From an uncultured Planctomycetia bacterium (GTDB lineage: Bacteria; Omnitrophota; Gorgyraeia; CAYVEO01): DNA of 64,000 bases. Shown piece after piece: positions 29,867-39,011 of the stretch. The stretch covers positions 1,052 through 65,051 of the forward strand of contig CAYVEO010000003.1 of assembly GCA_964449965.1 (NCBI GenBank), read 5' to 3'. Under the pieces are notes generated by a model. It made no database searches. It was not told where the DNA came from and saw only the letters and a list, made by a program, of their open reading frames with translations. Each line of letters opens with the position of its first letter. Position 1 is the stretch's first letter. A program made the translations under genes and the position numbers.

Positions 29867-31205
29867 TTAAACTCTCCATCGCCTCGCCAACTAAGTAGAG
29901 TGAACCTGTAATTAATATCAAACTATTATCGGAACAATTAGAGACTGCCTCACGAATAGCCTCTCTGACATTATCCCGCATGATAGACTCCCTGCAAAAC
30001 CTGCTTAACCTTGCATTTAAACTAACAGGCTCTTCTGCCCTTGGGCTATTTGCCTTTGTAAATATTACTTTATCTGCCATGGGGCAAAGTTCCTTCCCGA
30101 GCCCTTCTATATCCTTATCACTTGAAATACCCAGGATTAGCATCACCCTCTTGCCTTTGAACAAGTCATTGACCGTGGCTTTTAACGCCTTAGCAGATGC
30201 CCTGTTCTGTGCACCATCTACGATTATCAGCGGCTCCCGGCTCAATATCTGAAACCTGCCATGCCACTCTACCTTTTCAAGCCCATTCTTAATCGCCTCT
30301 TGAGCAATAGATATGCCATTGAACCTTAATAACTCCACAAGCCCCACTGCTGTAGCCCCATTGACAATCTGGTGTCTCCCAATTAGCGGAATAGAAAGGG
30401 CAGGATATTCACTCCATATCCCGGTAATATTAAACGTGCTGCCTTCAATAGATGAGTTTATTACACTATATGATATATCCTTACCCACCTCGTAGAGTCT
30501 GGCACCCATACCCTCTGATACCTCACGGAGGACCCTTGCCGCTTCTTCCTCCTGCGGTGCAGATACTACAAAAGAACCTTCCTTTATAATCCCTGATTTC
30601 TCTTTTGCAATAAGTGTAAGAGTAGAACCTAACTTATCTGTATGGTCATAACTGATAGGTGTAATACCACAGGCAATAGGCTGGACTACATTCGTTGCAT
30701 CCAGCCTCCCGCCCATTCCAACCTCAATAACGCCGATATCCACACCCCTCTCTGCAAAGAATTCAAATGCCATGGCAGTATAAACCTCAAAGAAGGTAAT
30801 CCCATCCATACCTTCTTCCTGCTTCACATTTTCTACGACAGGTTTTATATTTGTTTCAATGAGTTCACAAATCTCATCTTCACTGATAAGTCTATCTTTA
30901 CCGTCCTCCCGGTCTATGAGCCTGATTCTCTCTCTGAAATCCACCAGATGCGGTGATGTATAAAGCCCGCACCTTTTGCCTGCCTCTCTTAATATGGAGA
31001 ATACCATAGCACATACAGAACCCTTGCCTTTAGTCCCTGCAACATGGATAGTCCTGAATTTATGCTGGGGATTGCCTAACTCTTTAAGGAGTCTATACGT
31101 CCTCTTTAACTTAAGGTCTGTAGAGTAAGAAAAAACCTTCTTCTCATAGTTGACGAACGAGTCAAGATACGCCACCGCCTCACTGTATTTCACATTGTTT
31201 TCCAT
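29859..31205 (-). CDS. folC: Folylpolyglutamate synthase / dihydrofolate synthase
   Basis: HVAGTKGKGS, TSPHL, EVGMGGRLDATN, GSLYLVGE. Confidence 0.95.
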   Translation of the reverse strand: MENNVKYSEAVAYLDSFVNYEKKVFSYSTDLKLKRTYRLLKELGNPQHKFRTIHVAGTKGKGSVCAMVFSILREAGKRCGLYTSPHLVDFRERIRLIDREDGKDRLISEDEICELIETNIKPVVENVKQEEGMDGITFFEVYTAMAFEFFAERGVDIGVIEVGMGGRLDATNVVQPIACGITPISYDHTDKLGSTLTLIAKEKSGIIKEGSFVVSAPQEEEAARVLREVSEGMGARLYEVGKDISYSVINSSIEGSTFNITGIWSEYPALSIPLIGRHQIVNGATAVGLVELLRFNGISIAQEAIKNGLEKVEWHGRFQILSREPLIIVDGAQNRASAKALKATVNDLFKGKRVMLILGISSDKDIEGLGKELCPMADKVIFTKANSPRAEEPVSLNARLSRFCRESIMRDNVREAIREAVSNCSDNSLILITGSLYLVGEAMESLND

Positions 31206-31250
31206 CTGTGTAATCTCACTTTTAAATCTGTGTAATCATAAATATTGGCT

Positions 31251-32837
31251 TTAATGTTTAAAATGCCTTACGCCGGTGAATATCATGCTTATACCCTTAG
31301 CGTCTGCGGTCTTGATAACTTCTTCATCCCGTATAGACCCGCCAGGCTGTATTATAGCCGTGACGCCTGCACTCGCTGCCATCTCTATCCCGTCTTCTTT
31401 TGGAAAGAATGCGTCACTCGCCAAGACGCTTCCACGTGAGCGTTCCCCTGCCTTTCTGGACGCTATAATAACAGAATCAACCCTGCTCATCTGCCCTGCC
31501 CCTATACCCACAGTCGCTTTATTTTTGACCAGAACTATCGCGTTGGACCTCACATGTTTGGCAATGGCCCAGCCGAATATCAAGGATTTTAATTCCTCAT
31601 CCGAGGGCTTTTTCTTCGTAACGACTTTGAGATTCAAGGCATCTATACTACACACATCCTTATCCTGAATCAATAATCCGCCTGAGACCTTTTTCAAATC
31701 CCATTCTTTATCTGCGTCTTCTCCAAATTCCCCTGTCTCAATGACCCTCATATTCTTTTTCTTTTTAAGTGCCTCCAATGCCTCTGTATCATATCCCGGG
31801 GCAATGACGCATTCCACAAAGTCTGATGAGACAATCTCATTCGCAGTATCCTTATTTAATCTCTTGTTCAAACCTACTATGCTTCCAAATGCAGATAACT
31901 TATCACACTCTAAAGCCGCCTTATACGCTTCTTTTAAGGAATCTCTTAGAGCCACACCACATGGATTGGTATGTTTTATAACGCAGGCGGCAGGCTCGTC
32001 AAATTCTTTTACCAACTGTAAGGCAGCATCCAAGTCAAGGATATTGTTGAATGACAGTTCCTTACCGTGTAACTGTCTGGCAGAGCCTATAGATGGATAT
32101 TCCCTGACTTTGGAAGCAAATCCCGCATCTTTATAGAATGCCCCTTTCTGATGGGGATTCTCACCGTATCTTAGGTCCTGGAGTTTCTCATATCGTAAGA
32201 GAAGGTTTTCGGCAAATTTACTTTCATCCAGAGTAGTTACCTTATCCTTGAATGCATCGGAAAGAAACTCATATATCATGCTGTCATATCCTGATGTCCG
32301 ATTGAATACCTCTATCGCCAGGCTGGCAAGGGTTTCTCTTGAGAGCGTTAAATCATTTGCTTTAAGTTCCTGAAGGATTTCTTTATACCTATCAGGATTA
32401 CATATCACAGCCACGCTTTCAAAATTCTTCGCGGCAGACCTCAGCATAGAAGGACCACCTATGTCTATGTTTTCAATAGCCTCTTCTAACTTAACGCCTT
32501 CTTTTTGAATCACCTTCTCAAACGGATATAGATTTACTACAACCATATCTATCAAACCTATCCCATATTGTTGGACCTGGCGTATATGTTCAGGATTATC
32601 TCTAAGAGCAAGAAGACCCCCGTGTATCTTTGGATGCAGCGTCTTTACCCTCCCATCCAATATCTCAGGAAAACCTGTCCAGTCTGATACCATCTTCACA
32701 GGGATATTTGCCGACAGGAGTAATTTGGCGGTTCCGCCTGTAGAAAGGAGCTCAATCCCCATCTTATGAAGTTCCCTTGCAAAATCTTCTATCCCCTCTT
32801 TATCTGATACGCTGATTAACGCCCTCTTAACCTTCAT
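31251..32837 (-). CDS. purH: Bifunctional AICAR transformylase / IMP cyclohydrolase
   Basis: RALISVSDK, GRVKTLHP, IDIGGP, LRYGENPHQ, RHFKH. Confidence 0.97.
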   Translation of the reverse strand: MKVKRALISVSDKEGIEDFARELHKMGIELLSTGGTAKLLLSANIPVKMVSDWTGFPEILDGRVKTLHPKIHGGLLALRDNPEHIRQVQQYGIGLIDMVVVNLYPFEKVIQKEGVKLEEAIENIDIGGPSMLRSAAKNFESVAVICNPDRYKEILQELKANDLTLSRETLASLAIEVFNRTSGYDSMIYEFLSDAFKDKVTTLDESKFAENLLLRYEKLQDLRYGENPHQKGAFYKDAGFASKVREYPSIGSARQLHGKELSFNNILDLDAALQLVKEFDEPAACVIKHTNPCGVALRDSLKEAYKAALECDKLSAFGSIVGLNKRLNKDTANEIVSSDFVECVIAPGYDTEALEALKKKKNMRVIETGEFGEDADKEWDLKKVSGGLLIQDKDVCSIDALNLKVVTKKKPSDEELKSLIFGWAIAKHVRSNAIVLVKNKATVGIGAGQMSRVDSVIIASRKAGERSRGSVLASDAFFPKEDGIEMAASAGVTAIIQPGGSIRDEEVIKTADAKGISMIFTGVRHFKH

Positions 32838-33676
32838 TTCTCAAGCCTCCTTTTAGTGGTCACTTTTCTAAATTCATCTAACAGTTTCTTTGTGATTGAC
32901 CCTGGTTTTCCATCACTTATAATCCTCTTATCTACCGATACAACTGGCATTACTTCTATACTTGTATTTGTCAGGAATACCTCTGCTGCATTATAGACAT
33001 CGTGTCTGGTAATAGGCGTCTCCAATACCTTGAGCCCGCACTTCTCTGCCAGTTCTATGACAACGCCCCGTGTAATTCCTTTAAGGAGTCCTGAATAGAC
33101 AGGAGGTGTCAGAATTATACCGGCTTTCAGAATAAATACATTGCTAACAGAACCCTCTGTAAGATGCCCTTCATGATTTAACATTAGCACTTCAAACGGC
33201 TCCTGATTCATCCCATCTATCTTTGCAAGTATTCCCCATAGAAAATTGGATGACTTGACACTGGGCAAGATGTCTTTTGGAGAATCCCTCCATACAGCAG
33301 AAGTCATAACCTTTACCCCATTTTCATAATATTCAAGAGGATAAGGGACGAACTTCTTAACTATTATTTCAACGTTTTCTGCACATATACTTACCCTTAT
33401 ATATGTATTTTCTATATGACATTCAGCGAGTTTCTCTTTAATCAACCCTGCTAATATTTTCTTTCTATACGGCATTTTAAACCCTATGGAATTGGCAGAT
33501 GCGAATAGTCTGTTTAGATGCTCATCAAGTTTGAAAATCATGCCATTATACGCACGCATACTTTCAAATATGCCACTTGCACCATTTTCCATGAGTTCTA
33601 TGGAGATACTGCTGTTACTGATGACAGGCGGGACGTCCGCCTTGGCGGACGAGACGCCTGTCCTACAATTTATCAT
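32834..33676 (-). CDS. pabC: Class IV PLP aminotransferase (aminodeoxychorismate lyase/BCAT-like), repeat-derived N-terminal insert
   Basis: GIFESMRAY, HLNRL, EGSVSNVF, LKGITR; lies downstream of pabB. Confidence 0.7.
   Translation of the reverse strand: MINCRTGVSSAKADVPPVISNSSISIELMENGASGIFESMRAYNGMIFKLDEHLNRLFASANSIGFKMPYRKKILAGLIKEKLAECHIENTYIRVSICAENVEIIVKKFVPYPLEYYENGVKVMTSAVWRDSPKDILPSVKSSNFLWGILAKIDGMNQEPFEVLMLNHEGHLTEGSVSNVFILKAGIILTPPVYSGLLKGITRGVVIELAEKCGLKVLETPITRHDVYNAAEVFLTNTSIEVMPVVSVDKRIISDGKPGSITKKLLDEFRKVTTKRRLEK
33623..33666 (-). repeat. GTAG REP-like element with nested hairpin at the pabB/pabC junction
   Basis: Near-identical to 9351-9394; its GTAG supplies the pabB TAG stop. 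Confidence 0.9.
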
Positions 33677-35192
33677 AACCGCCTACAATGTCCACTGCCT
33701 TAAATAATGCCTCTGCCTTGTAGAGCGTCTCATAATATTCCCGGACAGGGTCTGAATCTGCTACGATACCTGCACCTACCTGTAGATACCCCATGCCTTT
33801 GGTAAGTATCAATGTCCTTATAACTATATTTAAGTCCATGTCTCCATTGAAACTTAGATATCCTATTGAACCTGTATAGATATTCCTGGTTACGGGTTCT
33901 AACTCGTCAATGATTTCCATACACCGGACCTTGGGACAGCCTGTTATGGTTCCGCCGGGAAAACCTGCCCTCAACAGGTCAAAACAGTCCATACCGTGTC
34001 TCATCTTGCCTACTACATTGGACACTATATGGAAGACATGGGAATATTCCTCAAGCACAAGGAATTCATCTACCAATACACTCCCATATTCACATACCCT
34101 GCCCAAGTCATTCCTTTCCAAATCAACGAGCATTATGTGTTCTGCCCTCTCTTTTTCATTAAGTATTAATTCGTTAGACAATCTCCTGTCTTCTTCATCG
34201 GTCTTACCCCTCGGCCTCGTTCCTGCTATCGGACGGGTCTGGACATCCCTGCCTTCTAACTTCAACAGCCTCTCAGGTGATGAACTCACAATCTGTAAAT
34301 CGCCTAAGTCAAGATAAGCCGCAAAAGGCGATGGATTGATATTCCTCAGTGCCTTATATAAGACAAACGGGTCATGCTCACAGGGAATAGAAAACCTCTG
34401 TGATAGATTGGCTTGGAATATATCGCCTGACGCGATATATTCCTTTGCCTTTTTTACTATTTTACAGAATCCTTCTTCGGTAAAGTTGGATTTAATAGAT
34501 GTTAAATTAAGCCCCGACGTAACGTCGGGGCAACTACAATATTTTGAAATTCCTGTACACTCTAAATTATTACCTTCCCTTAACCTTGCAACAACCCTTT
34601 CAATCTTATCAACGGCTTCGTCGTAAGATTTGTCAGTATCCTCAATACCCTTGGCGTTTGAAATAACCTTGACACTGCCCTTAATATGGTCAAATGCAAT
34701 GATGGTATCAACAAATAGAAGATTTATGTCAGGTATTTCAAGGTCATCCTCTGCTATTCTCGGAAGGCTTCCAAAGAAGTGTCTGATATCGTATCCAAAA
34801 TATCCTACGGCCCCGCCTGTCCAATTTGGCAAGCCATCTAAGCGGACAGAATGCAGGTTATTAAAGAGCCGCCGCAATTCTAATACAGGGTTTCCTTCAA
34901 GCCGCTCAGTATTTCCGTCTCTTCTTACAATCTCTATACATCTATCCTTGCTCCTGAATACCATAAATGGATCAAAGCCTATAAATGAATATCTCCCTGT
35001 CTTTGGATGAACCCTGGCGCTCTCAAGAAGAAAACTGTTCTTGCCTGGATTCAGCCTCTCAAATATTTCAGAAGGTTCGGGGACAGTCCCAGAACAGGGA
35101 CAGTCCCCTTTAGCATTTAACTCCTTATAAACAGGCACCATCAAGCCTTCTTTAGATAATTCTTTGAATGTTTTCTTATCAGGGTAATACAT
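33663..35192 (-). CDS. pabB: Aminodeoxychorismate synthase component I / anthranilate synthase component I family
   Basis: LLES, GDIFQANLS, SSSPE, PIAGTRPRG, EHIMLVDLERNDLG, FPGGTITGCPK. Confidence 0.8.
   Translation of the reverse strand: MYYPDKKTFKELSKEGLMVPVYKELNAKGDCPCSGTVPEPSEIFERLNPGKNSFLLESARVHPKTGRYSFIGFDPFMVFRSKDRCIEIVRRDGNTERLEGNPVLELRRLFNNLHSVRLDGLPNWTGGAVGYFGYDIRHFFGSLPRIAEDDLEIPDINLLFVDTIIAFDHIKGSVKVISNAKGIEDTDKSYDEAVDKIERVVARLREGNNLECTGISKYCSCPDVTSGLNLTSIKSNFTEEGFCKIVKKAKEYIASGDIFQANLSQRFSIPCEHDPFVLYKALRNINPSPFAAYLDLGDLQIVSSSPERLLKLEGRDVQTRPIAGTRPRGKTDEEDRRLSNELILNEKERAEHIMLVDLERNDLGRVCEYGSVLVDEFLVLEEYSHVFHIVSNVVGKMRHGMDCFDLLRAGFPGGTITGCPKVRCMEIIDELEPVTRNIYTGSIGYLSFNGDMDLNIVIRTLILTKGMGYLQVGAGIVADSDPVREYYETLYKAEALFKAVDIVGGYDKL
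34506..34555 (-). repeat. REP-like family B copy in frame inside pabB
   Basis: Nearly identical to 26228-26275; encodes GISKYCSCPDVTSGLN. Confidence 0.9.
35079..35108. repeat. Doublet of the GGGACAGTCCC palindrome inside pabB
   Basis: GGGGACAGTCCC-agaaca-GGGACAGTCCCC; encodes GDCPCSGTVP. Confidence 0.65.
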
Positions 35193-35212
35193 ATTATGCG
35201 GGTTTTGAGATC

Positions 35213-36742
35213 TTAGAACAGAATATTCCTGTCGAGGGTGCGATATTGTATAGCCTCAGAAATATCTTCTTCCCTGATTGATTCGGAACCAGCCAGGTCA
35301 GCAATAGTCCTTGCTACTTTAAGGATCTTATCATACGCCCTCGCAGAAATACCCAATTCATCTATGGCGGCCTTTAGCAGATTCTTAGTCTCATCATTAA
35401 GGGAACAAGATTTCTTTATCATCCTGTGATTCATCTGGGAGTTAAAATATATCCCTGTATCTTTAAATCTTTGAATCTGGAAGCCGCGGGATTTTTCCAC
35501 GCGTTCCTTTATGTCCTTAGAACTTTCACCATCATCCTTTCCTGTAAGTTCCCTGTATTTAAGTGCCGGGACCTCAATGTGTATATCAATCCTGTCTAAT
35601 AACGGCCCTGATATCTTCTCCCTGTATTTCTGTATCTGATAAGGATTACAATGGCATTCCTTTGAAGAACCGAAAAAACCGCATGGGCACGGATTCATCG
35701 TAGCAATAAAGAGAAACCTGCTCGGGAACCTGAGGGATTTGCTTATCCTTGAAATCGTCACATATCCATCTTCAAGCGGCTGTCTGAGCGCCTCTAACGT
35801 ATCCCTGTGAAATTCCGGAAGTTCATCAAAGAATAATACCCCATTGTGGGCAAGGCTCACCTCGCCAGGCCTCGGTATCGTCCCGCCACCCACTATGGAA
35901 ATGTCTGATGCCGTATGATGTGAATTCCTGAAAGGCCTGTTAGTGACCAGGGATTCTTTAGACGAAAGTAAACCCGCAACGCTATAAATCTTTGTGGTTT
36001 CTAACGCCTCCTCAAGCGTTATGTCAGGCAATATCGTAAGGAGCCTCTTTGCAAGCATACTCTTCCCGCTGCCAGGCGGGCCAATCATTAACAAGTTATG
36101 ATACCCTGCTGCAGCAATCTCTAAAGCCCGCTTAGCATGTTCCTGACCTTTTACTTCAGAAAAATCAACGTCATAATTTGACGCACCTTTAAACATATCT
36201 TCCGGATTAACCCTGTGGCGCGGTATGGAAGACCCTTCATTAATAAACTCTATTGCCTGGGCTAATGTCTGGACAGGATAGACCTCAATATCTTCAACAA
36301 TAGCAGCCTCAGAGGCATTTTCCTCCGGTAAAATAAATTTCTTTATATGAGAGCCCTTCATGCTCAAAGCGATGGGCAAGGCGCCGCGGGTAGTCCGGAC
36401 GCTGCCGTCAAGAGCGAGTTCTCCCAATATTATATACTCTTTTAACGAACCTTCTTTAATCTGGGATGTGGCGGCTAATATCCCGAGGGCTATTGGCAGG
36501 TCAAAACTTGGTCCTTCTTTCCGGACATCGGCAGGGGCAAGATTAACCGTGATTCTGCTTACAGGGTAGTCAAACCGGCTGTTCTTAATGGCAGACTTGA
36601 CGCGGTCTTTACTTTCCCGGACAGCAGTATCAGGTAATCCTACGATTACTACGGTTGGCAGGCCGCTTGAAACATCCACCTCTATCTCTGTCAAGTATGT
36701 CTCCATTCCGAGAGTGGAATAGGAAAAGACTTTTGCGAGCAC
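35213..36742 (-). CDS. comM: YifB/ComM Mg-chelatase-like AAA+ ATPase
   Basis: VGLPD..VRES, NLAPA, GPPGSGKS, PGEVSLAHNGVLF, NPCPCG, SGPLLDRID. Confidence 0.93.
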   Translation of the reverse strand: MLAKVFSYSTLGMETYLTEIEVDVSSGLPTVVIVGLPDTAVRESKDRVKSAIKNSRFDYPVSRITVNLAPADVRKEGPSFDLPIALGILAATSQIKEGSLKEYIILGELALDGSVRTTRGALPIALSMKGSHIKKFILPEENASEAAIVEDIEVYPVQTLAQAIEFINEGSSIPRHRVNPEDMFKGASNYDVDFSEVKGQEHAKRALEIAAAGYHNLLMIGPPGSGKSMLAKRLLTILPDITLEEALETTKIYSVAGLLSSKESLVTNRPFRNSHHTASDISIVGGGTIPRPGEVSLAHNGVLFFDELPEFHRDTLEALRQPLEDGYVTISRISKSLRFPSRFLFIATMNPCPCGFFGSSKECHCNPYQIQKYREKISGPLLDRIDIHIEVPALKYRELTGKDDGESSKDIKERVEKSRGFQIQRFKDTGIYFNSQMNHRMIKKSCSLNDETKNLLKAAIDELGISARAYDKILKVARTIADLAGSESIREEDISEAIQYRTLDRNILF

Positions 36743-36762
36743 TATTTCTCCTGCATTGCAAA

Positions 36763-37320
36763 TTATTTTTTCTTGAGCACAAATATGTTTACTATCAACC
36801 GGATATTGTGGACCATTGGGTCAGGATTAGTATTGATGGTAAGGTCTGTAACCTTCATGAATCTATCTGAATTCTCTATCATGTTAATGAACCTGCCTAA
36901 ATCATGGTAGCTGCATATTAGATTTATAGTTATAGGGATTTCTATATAAGGGGCTGCCACTGCAGGACTTTGAGAATACATGTCTTGAGGCTGGATAGTA
37001 ATAAATTTTATCCTGCATTGATTTGCCATGTCCGTAAACCCTTTCAGAAGTGAAGGCATCTCTTTCTCTGCAGGGAGTTTATCTTTATAATAAGTTACCT
37101 TCTTCTCAATCTCTGCAAGTTCTCTCTTAAGTTTATCTAAATTTGCCTTTGCAGACTTAGCATTATTTATCTCCACTATCTTCTTCTCAATTACAGCCTT
37201 TTTAGCCTTCAATGAACTTGCCATCGGCTTAAACACCAGCATGTAAGACAGTGCCCACAGGATGGCTATAACTAAGCCAGTCAAGATTATATATTCTTTT
37301 TTAATAGGTTTTATATTCAT
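36763..37320 (-). CDS. pilO: Type IV pilus alignment protein
   Basis: TM helix, coiled coil, LPAEKEMPSLL, YHDLGRF..IE; position in pilMNO. Confidence 0.85.
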   Translation of the reverse strand: MNIKPIKKEYIILTGLVIAILWALSYMLVFKPMASSLKAKKAVIEKKIVEINNAKSAKANLDKLKRELAEIEKKVTYYKDKLPAEKEMPSLLKGFTDMANQCRIKFITIQPQDMYSQSPAVAAPYIEIPITINLICSYHDLGRFINMIENSDRFMKVTDLTINTNPDPMVHNIRLIVNIFVLKKK

Positions 37321-37321
37321 A

Positions 37322-38002
37322 TTAAGGATTTTTTCTAAAAGGCAGGCTTAACTCAAAATTCCATATATCTACCCCGCCTATCGCTCCCCTCTGTCCAGGT
37401 CCCAATTCTATACTTGAGAAATCTTTGAAAAATGATTCGTCTCCCTTCATCCTATTTATAAAGGCGCCTACTAAATCTACAATCTCCTCGCCTTTCTTTA
37501 ATGAAACCGTGCTGCCTCTGATTACTAAAATCTTAGTTTCCTTCTTTTCCATAGACACAGGCGCTTGTGCCTGTGTCTCGTCACTGCCTCCTTTACCCTT
37601 TGCCTTTACAGCCTGTTTAGAAGGAACCATCTCTACCTTGTTCTCAAGTAAAATACTGGAGAGCCATACGCCTTCCGGAATAAGGTTACTGAGTTGGTTC
37701 AGTTTCTTAGCCCACAAGAGTCTCCCCTTCGTCAGGGTCTCTATAATCGTCACTCTCTCCTCAAGCTGCTGTTTCTTTTCCATTAACGCAGACGTCTCTT
37801 CGGTAATCGGGAGCAGCTCTTTCCATTCGCGTTCAAGGCGGGATAGTTTCCCATTAACCACGATAATCTGGATACTCGAGAAAATCCATGCTAATATAAG
37901 AATGCCCACGAGAAATCCCCCAATAAAAAAGAGAAGGAGTTCCTTAGGCAATTCCTTCTTTTCTTTCCTCATGGATTCCGGCAGCAGATTTATTTCAATC
38001 AT
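37322..38002 (-). CDS. pilN: Type IV pilus alignment protein
   Basis: N-terminal INLLP motif, TM helix, IPEGVWLSS. Confidence 0.88.
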   Translation of the reverse strand: MIEINLLPESMRKEKKELPKELLLFFIGGFLVGILILAWIFSSIQIIVVNGKLSRLEREWKELLPITEETSALMEKKQQLEERVTIIETLTKGRLLWAKKLNQLSNLIPEGVWLSSILLENKVEMVPSKQAVKAKGKGGSDETQAQAPVSMEKKETKILVIRGSTVSLKKGEEIVDLVGAFINRMKGDESFFKDFSSIELGPGQRGAIGGVDIWNFELSLPFRKNP

Positions 38003-38009
38003 AAATTTA

Positions 38010-38951
38010 TCACCTTAGAGCCAATCCTATTCCTACAGGCAGGATTGGTCCAACTTCTTTCAATTTATCCATATCAAATTTACCATGGTCTATTTTTATA
38101 TTAGTCAATGGGTCCCATACTTTAGCCTCTACGCCTAACTGGGTATGAATCACATGGCTTAACCCTTTCAATGTAGTGCCGCCGCCGCTCAAATATATCA
38201 GACCCACGTTCTTCTCAGTCTGGTTCTCATAATGGTCAAAACAGAGCCGGACCTCACTTAGTAGATTACTCAGTGCTATAGGAGGTTCCTCGCCTATTTC
38301 CCTGAGTTCCCCATCCTCTGTGATATGGCTTGTGCCTATGTATATGTCCCTGGTAAAGTAAGGGATGCTGCCTTTCAGTATATTCACGCTTGTCCCACCA
38401 TGACCGATGTGAAGAAGGGCTGCAGTATCCTCGTTCAATACCTTTGGCCCGTTCATCTCAAAACAATTAATCAGACAGAATGAGTCTATGTCAATAACCC
38501 CGGGAAATAACCCTGCACTCTTTATTATATCAATCTGCTCATTTATCAGTTCCTTCCTTGCAGCTACAAGGAGTACCTTAACCTTGTTACCGGGTATTTC
38601 TTCCAATGGATAGAAATCAAAGTTCACTTCTTCCATCTTAAGCGGAAGATACTGTTCTGCCTCATATTTTATCGCACTCGCCAGTTCCGCCTTTGTCATC
38701 CTCGGGAGGTCTATGTATCTGACTATCACAGATTCACCAAATACAGCCACATTGACCCTGTGGATACTGCCCGGGGTTTCCTTAATAACCCTTTTTATAG
38801 CATCTATTACAGCATCCTTTCCCTTACCATTGATTTGTGCAACACCAAAACCGGCAAGTTCCATGCCCTCGGACGTCCGGGCAAGTTCTACGAGTTTTAC
38901 AGAACTATCCCCGATATCCAACCCTGCAGATGTTCCCTTCTTCTTAATCAT
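38010..38951 (-). CDS. pilM: Type IV pilus actin-like protein
   Basis: GLDIGDSSVKLVEL, EAEQYLP, LLVAA, LSGGG, GLALR. Confidence 0.92.
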   Translation of the reverse strand: MIKKKGTSAGLDIGDSSVKLVELARTSEGMELAGFGVAQINGKGKDAVIDAIKRVIKETPGSIHRVNVAVFGESVIVRYIDLPRMTKAELASAIKYEAEQYLPLKMEEVNFDFYPLEEIPGNKVKVLLVAARKELINEQIDIIKSAGLFPGVIDIDSFCLINCFEMNGPKVLNEDTAALLHIGHGGTSVNILKGSIPYFTRDIYIGTSHITEDGELREIGEEPPIALSNLLSEVRLCFDHYENQTEKNVGLIYLSGGGTTLKGLSHVIHTQLGVEAKVWDPLTNIKIDHGKFDMDKLKEVGPILPVGIGLALR

Positions 38952-38971
38952 TGCATTTTATCCTTAAATAA

Positions 38972-38999
38972 ATTATAACATACTTTATGATAAAGTCAA
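38972..38999 (-). promoter_or_regulatory. sigma70 promoter of pilMNO-comM
   Basis: TTGACT-16-TATAAT with TG extension. Confidence 0.55.
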
Positions 39000-39011
39000 A
39001 CAAAATTACCC

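Noticed and set aside
37425-38018. 197-aa plus-strand ORF and the many similar short antisense ORFs in the track
   Set aside because: They lie opposite well-supported genes and show no motifs or RBS.
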